A DNA stretch of 64,000 nt from Octopus sinensis. Lineage: Eukaryota. Below the pieces are notes generated by a model. It was not told the origin of the DNA, did no database searches, and saw nothing but the letters and a program-made list of their open reading frames with translations. This document shows positions 27,595-40,639 of this stretch, in pieces; the stretch's first letter is position 1, and each line of letters begins with the position of its first letter. Made by a program: the position numbers and the translations under genes. Location of the stretch: contig NC_042997.1 of the NCBI RefSeq assembly GCF_006345805.1, forward strand, positions 136,152,001 through 136,216,000, given 5' to 3'.

Positions 27595-28105
27595 AGGCGC
27601 AGGAGTGGCTGTGTCGTAAGTAGCTTGCTTACCAACTACATGGTTCCGGGTTCAGTCCCACTACGTAGCACTTTGGGCAAGTGTCTTCAACTATAGCCTC
27701 GGGTCGACCAAAGACTTGTGAGTAGATTTAGTAGACGGAAACTGAAAGAAGCTCGTCGTATATATATATAAAAGACCCCCTTCGGTCATGAATGACCATG
27801 GGATTGCACCTAGAAAGTTACTCTCCTAGACACAAGTCTGGGCAAGGTTGTTTTTATGGAAGGCCAGCAGTCGCCCATGCATACCAGCCTCCCCTCTCCA
27901 CGCCACCAGTGTTATCCAAGGGAAAGACAAAGGTCGATACAGCTTGGCACCAGTGACGTCGCAACTCATTTCTACAGCTGAGTGAACTGGAGCAACGTGA
28001 ATTAAAGTGCCTTGCTCGAGAACACAACACGCAGCCCGGTCCGGGATTCGAGCTCACAACCTCACGATCGTAAGCTCGACGCTCTAACCACTGAGCCATG
28101 CGCCT

Positions 28106-28156
<51 letters not shown>

Positions 28157-28375
28157 ATATATGTATGTCTGTGTTTGTCCCACCACCATCGCTTGACAAC
28201 CGATGTTGGTGTGTTCACGTCCCCATAACTTAGGGTTCGGCAAAAGAGACCGATAGAATAAGTACTAGGCTTACAAAGACTAAGTACTGGGGTCGATTTG
28301 TTCGACTAAAGGCGGTGCTCCAGCATGGCCGCAGTCAAATGACTGAAGCAAACAAAAGAAAGTAAAAGAAAAGAA
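27595..28375 (+). mobile_element. Full-length SINE family B interrupted by a nested SINE
   Basis: Head 27595-27758 (TTGGGCAAGTGTCTT CORE-like block); remainder 28160-28375. Confidence 0.9.
27771..28109 (-). mobile_element. tRNA-derived CORE-type SINE (family C) nested in the (TA)n of the family B SINE
   Basis: A box TGGCTCAGTGG, B box GAGCTCGAATCC, GAGCAAGGCACTTTA core, 3' hairpin GGTCATTCATGACC. Confidence 0.9.
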
Positions 28376-28569
28376 ATGCCTTTATTTGTTAATGTTCTTA
28401 TGAATGCGCAGCTGCTTCATTCTGAGAGTAAACACTTAACATACAAAAGAATTTCGGAATTTTAAGAGAATATGAAAAGAATAAATACCTCCGTGCCGTT
28501 GGGTACACACATATACACCTACATACACACATGCATGAATACACAGACACAAAGAAGCAGATACACACA

Positions 28570-28775
28570 CTCGTATGTCTTGTACTCTATTTTTTCGTTG
28601 TTTAAGAAAAATGTCCATTTCCTTGGTTTTGCGTTTATGTTTTCGTTTCTCATTGTGTTCGACGTTTTCTTTTTTTGGTGTCCTGTACCCATATATGCAT
28701 GTATATATACATATAGATGTAGGTACGTACATATATGTATGTATATATGCATATGTTTTATTTATTATTTTGTTG

Positions 28776-28830
<55 letters not shown>

Positions 28831-29350
28831 TACAGATACACCGCGCATACACATAAATACACATACTCACGTAGACATACAAGCAGTCATATATTCATCC
28901 ATACATATGAATGCAAACAAATATATAGTTATACTGTCTCCATAAGCTCGTCTTCCTCACGTCCAGAAAATTTTTTCTATCGTCTCAGCTTAACACCCCT
29001 TACCGTTTGTTTTTACTATTTTGTTCTCACTGCCCTATTCTTTTTACTGTTTTGTTCTCAGTATCCTGTTCTTGTTACCATTTTCATCCTCCGCAAAAAT
29101 TCCAAATTTTATTTAATTTGCTTTGCGGGAAGGACTGTTTCAACGAAGTCGCCTCTTGTCCTTGCCTTCGACCCGTGGAGTACTTGAAATAGGGACAACT
29201 GAAGAAGGGGAATATTCTTTATGTTGTATGTCACGTTCTCATTGTGTTCAAAGTTTTTTGATGTTCTGTACCCATATATGCATGTATATATACATATATA
29301 TGTAAGTATGTACATATATGTATGTATATATGCATGTATTAATATATTAT
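28570..29350. mobile_element. Non-coding dispersed repeat with partial tandem duplication (PLE terminal-repeat-like)
   Basis: The block TTCTCATTGTGTTC..TGTACCCATATATGCATGTATATATACAT occurs at about 28647 and 29236. A homolog lies at 47.7-48.25 kb. Confidence 0.6.
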
Positions 29351-29566
29351 TAATATTACTATATATACATGTGTGTGTGTGTGAGGGAGATGTAGATGAA
29401 TATATGTATGCATAAAATCGATACTTTATTACCAAATCGGAAAGAATATTCAGTATATCGTCTAATGTACATACACGCATACACTCACACACACTCTCTC
29501 TCACGCATACACACAAACACATGCTCCCACACACTCACACACGTATACATATGTATGCATGTATGT

Positions 29567-29578
29567 ATAGATAGGTAA

Positions 29579-29661
<83 letters not shown>

Positions 29662-29666
29662 GATAG
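29567..29666. repeat. (GATA)n microsatellite
   Basis: Directly visible. Confidence 0.97.
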
Positions 29667-30109
29667 GAATAAAATTTCTGTCAAAAACGATTAGTAACAT
29701 GCTGATAAAAGATTTCATAACTTTCTTTTATTTTTTTAAATAGCATTTTGGGGAAAATCCCCTAATCCCCTTTTTACTTAAAAGCTGTATTAAGTAATTT
29801 TTCACAAAGACATATATATATATATATATTAAAACTAAAGCAGAACGAGTATCTCACGTTATTTGGAATAATTTAAGTAAGGTGAATTTGAAGTTTTACA
29901 GCCATTTCTGGGGCAACCCAAGCGGTAGGATAGCATGTCCTGGCACTTGGTGTTCCGTCATCAAAGACACGGTATGAATATTTCAGACGTGGAAAATTTA
30001 CAGTTTACAGGGAATAATTTTTTATTCACTATATTTTGAAGTTGTACAGATAATAACGTACTAATACTTAGTGCTTCAACTTAAGCACCTAATTCATCTG
30101 AATCTCAAT

Positions 30110-30143
<34 letters not shown>

Positions 30144-30147
30144 AGTG

Positions 30148-31655
30148 AAAAGATTTGTTTTACGAGACTAAAGGATATATTTAAACTATGATGGCAAATT
30201 ATTATACAGTATTATACAAAATAAATCTTTTTCCTCTAATCAAATGACCGGTTTCGCTGAAGCTGTTAGATACAATTCGAAATGATTAAATTTTGTATTT
30301 TGTTTGTTTGTGGGGGATAATTGGTAACGAAGGTATTTTTCAGTACAGGAAAGGTGAATCTGTAATTTTCAATATGAATTTATAATTAGTTCTGTCTTAT
30401 ATTTTTCTATAAATAAGGCCTCTTTATTTAGTCCGACTTATGTATTTTCAATATGGATTTATATTTTGTTCTGGCTTATATTTTTCGATAAATTAAGCCT
30501 CTTTATTTAGTTGCACTTGTGTTGAGGTCCAAATAGCACATTGATATAATGGGAAGATTAGAAATTGTGGTTGAAGTTGTTCTGAACATCTGTCAATGTG
30601 TTCGTGGATATGTATCTGGCGATATTGTGGGGAAAAAGTCTGTTGGCTGTGGACTGTACATCTACATCTAAGAGAAATTCCTGTGGAACCTATATAGTTT
30701 TTATGGCAGCCCAAGCATCTGATGACATGAGGTTTTCAGGGGCACAAGTGAAATTGGATTTAATTTTGAATGTTTGCCCTTGTTTAAAATGGAATTCTGA
30801 TCCGTCCAAAATATTGATACATGTTCCGCAGCTAGGTCGACTATATTTCTTTACTCTTATGTCCGTTATTCTTGAGAATAATTTAGCATTTGTGAGGATC
30901 TTCTTTAATGTCTTTGGCTGTTTATTGCTATTAATGTGATCTTAGGTGAACGCAGGATTTCCTTCAGTTTGGGGTCTTTATGGAGTATTGGGAGATTTGG
31001 ACAATGATGTTAAGTGCTTCGTTATATGGAAAAATAGAGTTGTATTTTCAGAGTAGGTGTGTTATTGTGTCCGACTTTTCTTAATGTTTAGTTCCATCAT
31101 TTATGAGTTGAATTGAGTAGTTTCTGTCTGGTAGTTTTTTGGACACTATGATGCAAATCCTACTTGTAAAGTTGAAGGAAATATTTGTTTTAATATTCTC
31201 GGGTGGCATGTTTGGCGTCTGTATTTTTGTATATGTCCGCTTCTATTTTTTTTGTTTATTTTTTAATAAGTATGTCTAGGAACGGTAGTTCTTCATGGTT
31301 GTGTTCCATTGTAAATTGTATATTTGTGGTAATGCTATTTGGTCCTCAACACAAATGCGACTTAATAAAGGGTTCTCATTTATAGGAAAATATAAGATAT
31401 AACTAAATATAAATCCATATTGAAAATTACAGATTTATCTCACCTTTACTGAAAAATACCTTGGTTACTAATTATCCCCCACTAACAAAAAAAACTTCTC
31501 ATTTCGAATTGCATTTAACACTCAAACTTTGAAAAGCTTCAGCGACGAAACTGGTCATTTGATTACAGGAAAAAATCTTATTTTGTATAATATTGTATGG
31601 TACTTTTGCCATGACTATTTAAATATATTCTTCAGTTTCGTAAAACAAATCTTCT
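30148..31655 (-). mobile_element. Penelope-like element (RT C-terminus and GIY-YIG endonuclease) with inverted terminal repeats
   Basis: Minus strand IQFTMEHNHEELPFLDILI, SRPSCGTC, FTCAPENL, VIRCLGCHKNYIGST, H..QQ, EHIDRC, FLIFPLYQC. 30148-30420 is a diverged inverted copy of 31380-31655. Confidence 0.88.
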
Positions 31656-31724
31656 ATGTTTTTTCATCTTATTTCTTTCCTTGTATATTCAACCACATAT
31701 AATCCCAACAATACTTTCTGATTC

Positions 31725-31808
<84 letters not shown>

Positions 31809-32004
31809 ATATAAACAGGATACAGATCATTCGTGTTTACTATTTTTATGACTATGTCACACAAAGGAAATAGTGAATCAGATCTATAGTTATTGGATTT
31901 GCTACTTGCATATCTACTGTATCCTGCTAGCACAGTGTTGTAATATTTCACTATGAGTTATATGAGTATGTACCTAGCCACTTCCTGACGTCTCACATGT
32001 TGAT

Positions 32005-32860
32005 ATATCTTGATTCCCAAAAGTATCCGGAAATATTATGCGTGGGACAGCCACATGATAGTTCAGGCTTCTGATGTTAGAATCCACTTGATCCAATCCT
32101 CAGGTATCAGTCTGCCAACCGGCGTCGTCAGGTGAAGTCGAACTGCTACGTGGTGCGTCTTTATTTTGTAGTGCATCTCCCCTATTCGTCGATTGTTATG
32201 CTGGCTGAAACGAAGGAATAGCGTGCTTCCGTGAAATTCTGTTTTCTACTGGGGAAAACGATCGCCGAAACAGTTGTCATGCTTCAAACCGCTAACATGG
32301 ATGCTGCCATGAAGAAAAGTTCACGAATGGCTTCCGCGCTTTAGGAATGGTCGCATGTTGTTTGAAGGCCAACCTCATTCAGGACGACCGTCAACCACCA
32401 GAACGAATGAAAACATCCCGAAAATTCATGAACTGATCTTGGAGGACCGTCACCGAACATTTCACAAACTTGTTGATATGATTAGTGCGTCCTGCAGTTA
32501 ATGCCAACAAACTTTGAGCAAGGAATTGTGAATGAAAAGAGCTGAAGCAAAATTTGTGCCTCGTTTGCTCATGGAACATCAAACGAAGCCACGACTGAAT
32601 GCGTGTCGTGAACTGAAATGACCGTTGAAAGTTGATTCGAACTTTTTCTTCGAAGGTTATCACTGTTGATGGAAGCTGGTGATACAGAATTTGCAGATTT
32701 GGAAGAGGTGAAGTACAAAAACGATGGCGGCGTTAAAAGGCATCATTTCGGAAGAGTTCCAGCACTGCTTCAGATAGTGGGAAACGTGTCTGGATCGATA
32801 CTTGTTTCATATGGAGAATGCTTTGAAGGCGATAAAAGTGTAAACATGAAACTAAGTGAA
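32005..32860 (+). mobile_element. Mariner transposon relic, internally deleted
   Basis: VKFCFLLGKTIAETVVMLQ, RFRNGR..EGQPHSGRPSTTRTNEN, AKFVPRLL, GECFEGD. The catalytic region is mostly missing. Confidence 0.88.
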
Positions 32861-32861
32861 T

Positions 32862-33127
32862 GAACCGCTAAGTTACGGGGACGTAAACACACCAGCATCG
32901 GTTGTCAAGTGATGTTGGGGAGACAAACACAGACACACAAACACATACACACACATATATATATATACATATATACGACGGGCTTCTTTCAGTTTCCGTC
33001 TACCAAATCCACTCAAAAGTCTTTGGTCGGCCCGAGGCTATAGTAGAAGACACTTGTCCAAGTTGCCACGCAGTGGGACTGAACCCGGAACCATGTGGTT
33101 GGTAAGCAATCTACTTAACACGCCTAT
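32862..33127 (-). mobile_element. SINE family B, 3'-truncated
   Basis: Reverse complement of the family B head and body. Confidence 0.88.
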
Positions 33128-33449
33128 ATCTGTATCCATTTGGACCACCGCTTTTACACTATTATGCAGAGCAAAAATACACATAATGATAGTAACAAAA
33201 TATAGACAAATATACTAAAAGCATCTAGTAATATTATATATTAGTGAGGTGAACTAAAGAACACAAGCGATATATTCTGCCATTTTAAAAATTATTTGGT
33301 CATACATCATCCTCTTCTATTGACAGTAAAGCTAAAAAGCTAAACAGGCCAAAACAAAATATGCAGAAAGCATTCACATATTTAAGAATAAATAGAAAGG
33401 AAACAGTTAAATATTTTGGATTAATCTTATCACACTATTAATATTAATT

Positions 33450-33640
33450 TCAGGTTTTGATTGACGACTGGCAAGTTTAGGAGAGGGGTTTAAGTCAATT
33501 ACATTGATCCCGGTACTCAACTGGTAATTATTTTATCGACCCCAAAAGGCCAAGTCGACCTCGGCGGAATTTGAACCAGAACGAAAAGGTGGACGAAACG
33601 CCGCTAAGCATGTTACACGGAGTGCTAACGATTCTGCCAC
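33450..33640 (-). mobile_element. SINE family A
   Basis: GTCGACCTCGGCGGAATTTGAAC, GCTAACGATTCTGCCA. Confidence 0.8.
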
Positions 33641-35044
33641 CGTTGGTCCCACTATCGGTATTAAGAGTACTCAGGACAGTGGTTGGAAGAATCGCCAGAG
33701 TGTCAGGCAAAGAAAATACCTTGCAGATATTAGTTATGTCTTTTTTGTTATAGTTTCACATCCTGCCTTATGTTCTACCGCAAACGGTGAAGTACTTTCC
33801 CCATCAAATATTAACTGGATCTAAATTACTAAACATTCTTCTAGAAAAAAGTATAGCATTGTATTTATTTTACCTATTAGTGTTAATTTCCTTTCTTTGA
33901 CATTTTTTAATGTTTGTCTTGGATGATGAATTCTCAAGTTTCTTTCGCCTACATTCATAGCAGAATTTTCAACAAGGTAATCTATGTTGTCTTATCTCTG
34001 AGTACGTTAAAATTAATACAAGTAATAATTTCCACTACACTCAATCGATAATTCAATTCCTCTACAAAGTTTGTCTCACGCCTACATAAAAAAACCGACA
34101 TATCTTTTGGCTGCAAGCACCGTAGTGTAAAGCCAACCGCTGCGGCATAGCTGATATTTTTGGCTATTCTCAATTCTTTTTTCTTTAAATCGTTGTTCCG
34201 CTCGATTAATTCATGTCGCACAGTTTACTGCTCCTTCTAGACTTCATGTCATATTTATATAAGAAATCATTTTAGGATTCTCTGAGAGTTTAATATGCAG
34301 AAAAATAAATAAACCATACATATTTCTGATTTCCGTCAGCAAATCTGGAACTCAGTAGCCAAGCAATTATTTCATTTTTTATGTGAGTGTTTAACAGTTC
34401 AATGTCTCGGGTTTCAGAATTTAAATACCACATTTTTCGGTTTTTGCTCTTTATCTCAGGAAATCAATATCCAGGAAATCCATTCCACTGAAGTAACACA
34501 GATAACCGTATGCCGAGGTTAAAATGCTCGTCATTGTCTTGGTTACTTGTAGGATTGTCTTTGAATATCATTTATTTAATAAATAGTCAAAACATAGATA
34601 CTCTATATACGCTACTGTTGAGAGTATTTTTGTACTTTTCTTTCAAGATAATTATCAATGTTTTAAAATAAAAAAAAAAAACTTATGTAAACGATAAACG
34701 GCTAAGAAAATGTTGCAATGTATTTATTTATAACCTTTTGCATTCAAAGTTTGAATCCTGCCCGAGTCAAATTTGTCATTTTTCTCTCAGCGTTAACATG
34801 TACCAACAATTTATTGCAATCGATTTATTTTACGATATCTCTCACCCTACAACCTTGTGGTGTTGATTGTGAGTTACAGGTGGTGTTTTCGCTCAACAAA
34901 GGTGGATTATTAGCAAAATTAGAAGAGTGTTAAACACAAAATTTTCCCTATTTCCCTTCTTGTTCAAATCTCGCCAATGCAAACTTATTAAACGATGAAG
35001 AACCAAATATTTGAGTAGCAACAATCTATAGTCTCTCTCTCTCT

Positions 35045-35091
<47 letters not shown>

Positions 35092-36839
35092 TCTTCGTGT
35101 GCTATACTTCTTTTACAGGTGAGTATGTACCTCCATACCAAAGTTTGAAGATTCATGGGTTGTCTTGAGAGGTATAGCAGTGGTGTCCTGTTCCATTCTG
35201 CAGATTTATTTACAGTTTACTTTGCTAGTCTCTTGTTTCTGAAGCTGACCCTTCAGGCAAAGGGTCTCATTAACTTTTAGGAAAGGGAACTGGTTCACAT
35301 GACATTAGTACTTCGCCACACACCGGAGTGTCTGATGACTGTGTCTAGCAAGCAAATGTCTCTCATATTCTGTAAGTCTTAGCCACGAGAGCATCTTCTA
35401 CTATTTAACCCATAACTGGGGCTCTTGACAAGTATTACCACCCGGGCCAGAGCAGACCTGAGAGTAAAGGTGATTATGGAGTCACTCCAAACTTGCCAAA
35501 ACTCCTGACTTTCCTAGCTGGAGCCTTACTGCTGAATGCAGTTAATTTCATGCCCAGTTCAACGGCTATATTACTGTTCTTAGTTGTGATCTTCAGATGA
35601 AATAAATATTTCTGTTTCTAAAATGGTTGATAATTTGCCAGGTCTGGTAAGGCACCTTCATTCCTTCCAATGTCTATAAAACAATACCAATAACATTATA
35701 ATTTACATAGGTTTTTAATTAATGCGAATGTGAAATAAGATAACACAGATGTTCAAGCTGTATATGAACCGTATTTATTTCACTAGTGTGATATAGTTTA
35801 CGAACGTCGTAAGTATTGTCCCCAGGAAAACAATATACAATTGTTTTTAAACGCTATTATACTCAACCGTTTTACCGTTCTTAAAATTGACAGAGATTTT
35901 GCAATGTTATGTCATTTTTATATTTTGTTTCTTATTTACTCCATCATTTTTCATCTTTTTCTCTCAGTGATTTTGCATTTTGCATTTCGTTCACTTTGTA
36001 ATATTTGCCTATCATGCAACCTAGTATGCTTTTTTTTCTACATAGATGCTCAGACAGCTTTATAATATAAGATGCTTGTAAATCACCTTGGCTTTTCTAT
36101 CGATGTCTTCTTATCTCTTCAAGTATAGATGAACAACCTTAGACATTTTAACAGATTTTAGAAATATTGTACACGATTAGTGATAAATTCCTATTAGAGA
36201 CTTCTGCTAAACCAGAAATTAATAATTCATTGCTCACTGATCCGGCACTTCTACAGGAATGCTTAACGTGCTAAAAGGTACAACCTAATCTCCTCAAATT
36301 ACACCAACTGTCTTAAAATTTGCGTTACACACGGGATAATGATGTCATAAACGCACAATGTCTGAAGCGAAGCCGAGTTGATGATGCTGGGCTCTTCTTG
36401 ATTACATCGCTTATCAAGCAGGACATAACCCGAGTAAACAAAAACAATAACGATTAGTAAGACTGAAACACATCATATTTCTCTACAATCTCAAAAGACT
36501 AGGAATTAGTTTCTTCTCTAAGCTTATTTTGTGGGTAATTGGTAAGGATTCAATGGCAGATTAAAAATTTCAGGACGTTTTCAAAAATCATTGACATACA
36601 CGTAGTTACAAAATCGAGCAATAGCGCAAGAACATGCATTTAAAAACTCTTATTCTTTATATCTGGCTACTGCATGTTATTCTACGGTAGGATATTTCCA
36701 GGGTGGGATAGCACAGATTTGGAACTCCTCTATGCATAAGATTAATATAAAAATAATATAACACGAGGATGGAAGATATGAGGCTTTAATAGTAGATCAC
36801 ATTTGATTCTGCACCGCACACCAGCTTTAAGTTGCTGAG

Positions 36840-36840
<1 letters not shown>

Positions 36841-36937
<97 letters not shown>

Positions 36938-36956
36938 CATCATTATTATTATTATT
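36841..36956. repeat. (TTA)n microsatellite
   Basis: Directly visible. Confidence 0.97.
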
Positions 36957-36957
36957 T

Positions 36958-37170
36958 AGGCAGTGTGCTGGCAGAATCGTTAGCACACTGGACAAAATGC
37001 TTAGCGGTATTTCGCCCATCGCTACGTTCTTAGTTCAAATTCCACCGAGGTCGACTTTGCTTTTCATCCTTTCAGAGTCGATAAAATAATTACCAGTTGA
37101 ACACTGGGGTTGGTGTAATCAACTCATCCACACCTCCCCCAAGCTGCCCCTGTGGCAAACATTTGAAATA
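36958..37170 (+). mobile_element. SINE family A
   Basis: CTGGCAGAATCGTTAGCAC..AGTTCAAATTCCACCGAGGTCGAC..TTTCATCCTTTC. Confidence 0.88.
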
Positions 37171-37749
37171 ATAATTATTATTATTATTTCTATCTTCACA
37201 TATATTTCTTTAAACAAAATTTGAAGTCTCAGTCAACAGGGATATTATAATAAACACTTGATTTTAATTGTAAATTTGTCTCTGAAAGTTTAAATCCCGT
37301 TTCAAATTTTTACTTTTGCTATTTGCAGCTAAATTAATAGATATAGACAGTCAAAAGTATAGGGATTTTCAATGAGAATAAAAATGGAATTTTTAGGAGT
37401 GAAAGTGGTGGCGTGGGATATTTCACTGAAAATGAGTAAAAATTGTTCGATTAAAAATTGAAATTGAATTGTCTTTGTATCGTTCATCAAAGTTTCCTAA
37501 GTATGTTATATACTTTCAATGATGTTAAAGGAAGTGCTTGGCGGTTAGGTCGGTATACAAAGCATTTTATCTTATTATTGCTAAGAAATGGACGTAGTTT
37601 TTTGTGCTAGTATTTATTATCATCTGTTTTTCTCAGTGTGGAGTGTTATACTGAAAGTAATGCAAACATGGTATAACCTTTTTTATTAACTGACATTAGT
37701 CCTTCAAATTGCACATATCGCTCTATGTAAATAGAGCAATATACTCTCG

Positions 37750-38165
37750 TATACTCTTTACTCTTTTATTTGTTTCAGTCATTTGACTGCGGCCATGCTG
37801 AAGCACTGCCTTTAGTCGAGCAAATCGACCCCTGCACTTATTCTTTGTAAGCCTAGTACTTATTCTATCGGTGTCTTTTGCCGAACCGCTAGGTTACGGG
37901 AACGTAAGCACACCAGCATCGGTTGTCAAGCGATGTTGGGGGGACAAACACAGACACACAAACATATGCACACATACATACATATATATATATATATACA
38001 CGACAGGCTTCTTTCAGTTTCCGTCAACCAAATCTACTCACGAGGTATTGGTCGGCCTGAGGCTATAGCAGAAGACATTTGCCCAAAGTACCACGCTTTG
38101 GGAATGAACATGGAACCATGTGGTTGGTAAGCAAGCTACTTACCACACACCTACTCCTGCTCCTA
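37750..38165 (-). mobile_element. SINE family B, full length
   Basis: Reverse complement match from head to tail. Confidence 0.9.
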
Positions 38166-38749
38166 TAAATATAATATATTGGCAAATGTTGCTAGGCTTA
38201 AAATAGAAGGCTTTCTTCAGTTTAAAAATTACACTTCTGCGACTTAAAATCATTTGATAATTATTTTTAATGTCATTTTTACACTACAAAAAGCAGCAAC
38301 AGTGATTTTATTAATTGACGTTGCTTGTTGTTTTACATCACTGTAATGAAATGACATCTTGAGTAATTAGCATCAAAATGAAACTAAAAGTACAACTGTT
38401 AGGCCATTACACCTAGTTTAACATTCTAGTACGAGTCCGAATTGGAAGGGTAAATATTTTGTATTTGAGGCTACATGGCTTTTTATTGGTTTCAAATTTT
38501 GGCATCAGGCCAGTAATTTTAGGGGTAAGGATAACTTGATTACATCGACCCCAGTGCTGGATTGATATTAATTTTATCGACCTCAAAAAGATGAAAGAAA
38601 AAGACATATAGTCTATTTTTTATTCCAGATATTTTTAAAAGTATTTATGTTGCAATTTTATCTTTTTGTAATTACATAATTAATAAAGTCTTTATGCAGT
38701 GTCAAATGAAGCTAATATAAAATTGTTGCCGATGTGAATTTTAACTCAT

Positions 38750-38855
38750 TGGAAACCCTCTTGATCCAAAAGAAACTATTGAAAGCTTTCTTGATCCAGA
38801 AGAAAAGCCCTCTTGATCTAAAAGAAAGACCACTTGATCCAAAGAAGAACAAAGT
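38750..38855. repeat. Degenerate minisatellite of about 21-30 bp (CTTGATCCAAAAGAA)
   Basis: Four CTTGATC(C/T)A(A/G)A..A units. Confidence 0.7.
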
Positions 38856-38949
38856 ACCCTTTATACAATAATTATCTTCAGAATGAAATTTTAAAACCGC
38901 CAAGACATCCTAATTATTTAAAACCTATGAGATTTCTGATCAAATACAT

Positions 38950-39745
38950 CCATTAACAACAATTAAAACCAAGTGAAAACTTATTTTGAACAGAAGCCTA
39001 ACTTATTCATTTTGTAAAAGAAACCAGATTAAGTCAATGACGCGTCATATGTGATCGCAAAATTTGTTACAAAAATGGTCGTTGTCTTGCCATTACTTAG
39101 AAAGTCATAAATCCTATTGTAGAAACCGTTATTTCAAACGTTAGGCATGAAGATCCTAGGGAATTCTTAAAAAGTTTACCATTAAGCAACAAGTTAATCC
39201 GAAGACAAATTGATGAAATATCTCTCAATATTGAATGACGATCTAACTGAAGTTAAATATACAATACTTGTTGATTGGTCTGCAGTTGTCAATAGCAAAG
39301 CTTTTCTCTTGATGTATGTTTTGTTATTTTAATGAAGACTATGAACTGGAAGAATATCATTTGTAAAATGTCTAAACTATGAAACTTCCATGGAATCTAC
39401 TTTTATTGCTTTAAGATACTAAGTAGATGACAATAGTTCCATTAGAAAATTTGATATCGATTGCAACTGAAGATGCCAACGCATTGAGCAGAAGGTATAA
39501 ATACCCCATAGTACAATAAATAAAAAATATATCTTGAAATCGGTTCAATATACTGCATCGTTCACAAACAAAATCTAACAAAAACAAGAGTCCCATGCTA
39601 CATGATTCATTTATAGTTATCAAAATATTCAAAAAGGTAGAACCGCATGCCTACTCTGGAAGATGTTTCAATAATAATAAACAATATGTAAGACTTATGT
39701 AAGACCACGTAACGTACGGAAGTCATGCGGATTGCTAAAGGTCTT
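38950..39745 (+). mobile_element. Decayed hAT (Buster/Charlie-like) transposase
   Basis: FLKSLPLSNKLIRRQIDEISLNIE (cf. PLSNDTV.RRI.EM), IATEDANA (cf. TDGA), ILHR, LHDS, and a remnant resembling TEV.WL.KG. Confidence 0.72.
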
Positions 39746-39748
39746 CAC

Positions 39749-40412
39749 CAGTGGTTCGTAAACTTTTTTTTTTATTTTGTTTGTAACACCCCTCTTTTAA
39801 GTAGCTGTTATGCCTATCGCCCACATAAGTGTTTCAGTCATTTGACTGCGGCCATGCTGGAGCACCGCCTTTAGTCGAGCAAATCGACCCCTGCACTTAT
39901 TCTTTGTAAGCCTAGTACTTATTCTATCGGTCTCTTTTGCCGAATCGCTAAGTTACGTGGACGTAAGCACACCACCATCGGTTGTCAAGCGATGTTGGGG
40001 GACAAACACAGACATACGAACATATACACGCATACATATATATATATATACATATATGCGACGAGTTTCTTTCAGTTTCCGTCTAACAAATCCACTCACA
40101 AGGCTTTGGTCGGCTAGAGGCAATAGTAGAAAATACTTGCCCAAGTTGCCACGCCTTGGGGCTGAAACCGGAACCATGTAGTTGGTAAGCAAGCTACTTA
40201 ACACAGAGCTACTCCTACGCCTATCTCAACTAAACTAATTTAACAAGGATGATAATATATAAATTTTACTTTAGACATAGATTGCATAAGCTCTTATCAG
40301 TGAAATGATTTAAAAAATTGATAAAGACAAAAAATGTAAATTTACTTTATCAATTGCAAGCTAATGAATTTCCTGCGCCTGACGAGATCTCATTTTCTTT
40401 TAAGAACCATTA
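39749..40412. mobile_element. Probable hAT-type MITE with nested SINE
   Basis: Ends CAGTGGTTCGTAAACTTTTT and TTAAGAACCATTA are imperfect Charlie-like TIRs. Confidence 0.45.
39830..40224 (-). mobile_element. SINE family B
   Basis: Reverse complement match to family B. Confidence 0.9.
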
Positions 40413-40639
40413 CTAGTTTTATTATGTATAATAATATAATTACTACTGTAGGTAAGATTTAGTATGTTAATTATATTACCTCGCCGATTCCTTACCGTCC
40501 CCTGAATATTAATGAGAACCTCGGGTCTAGATGCTTAACGAGAACCTCGGGTCTAGGCGCTTAACGCTTTCTTCATATCATACTGTTAGTGGTGGAAGGC
40601 GACGACAGCTTCGACTGCAGCGTGAAGCGGCGTCTGCTG

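Noticed and set aside
28030-28109. tRNA gene on the minus strand
   Set aside because: A and B boxes are present, but the acceptor and anticodon stems are imperfect and the sequence continues into a SINE body found again at 54.3 kb.
29120-29220. Canonical hammerhead around CTGAAGA (+) or GAAACAGTC (-)
   Set aside because: Core halves do not occur in a compatible order with paired stems on either strand.
28436-29718. Many overlapping ORFs up to 157 aa with YIYI/HTHT/VCVC runs (also 14 kb, 48 kb, 55.4-57.1 kb)
   Set aside because: Dinucleotide and tetranucleotide repeats lack stop codons; no domain signal.
34460-34520. Short + strand exon after a strong acceptor (TTTATCTCAG|GAAATC…)
   Set aside because: Weak donors, no recognisable peptide and no linked exons.
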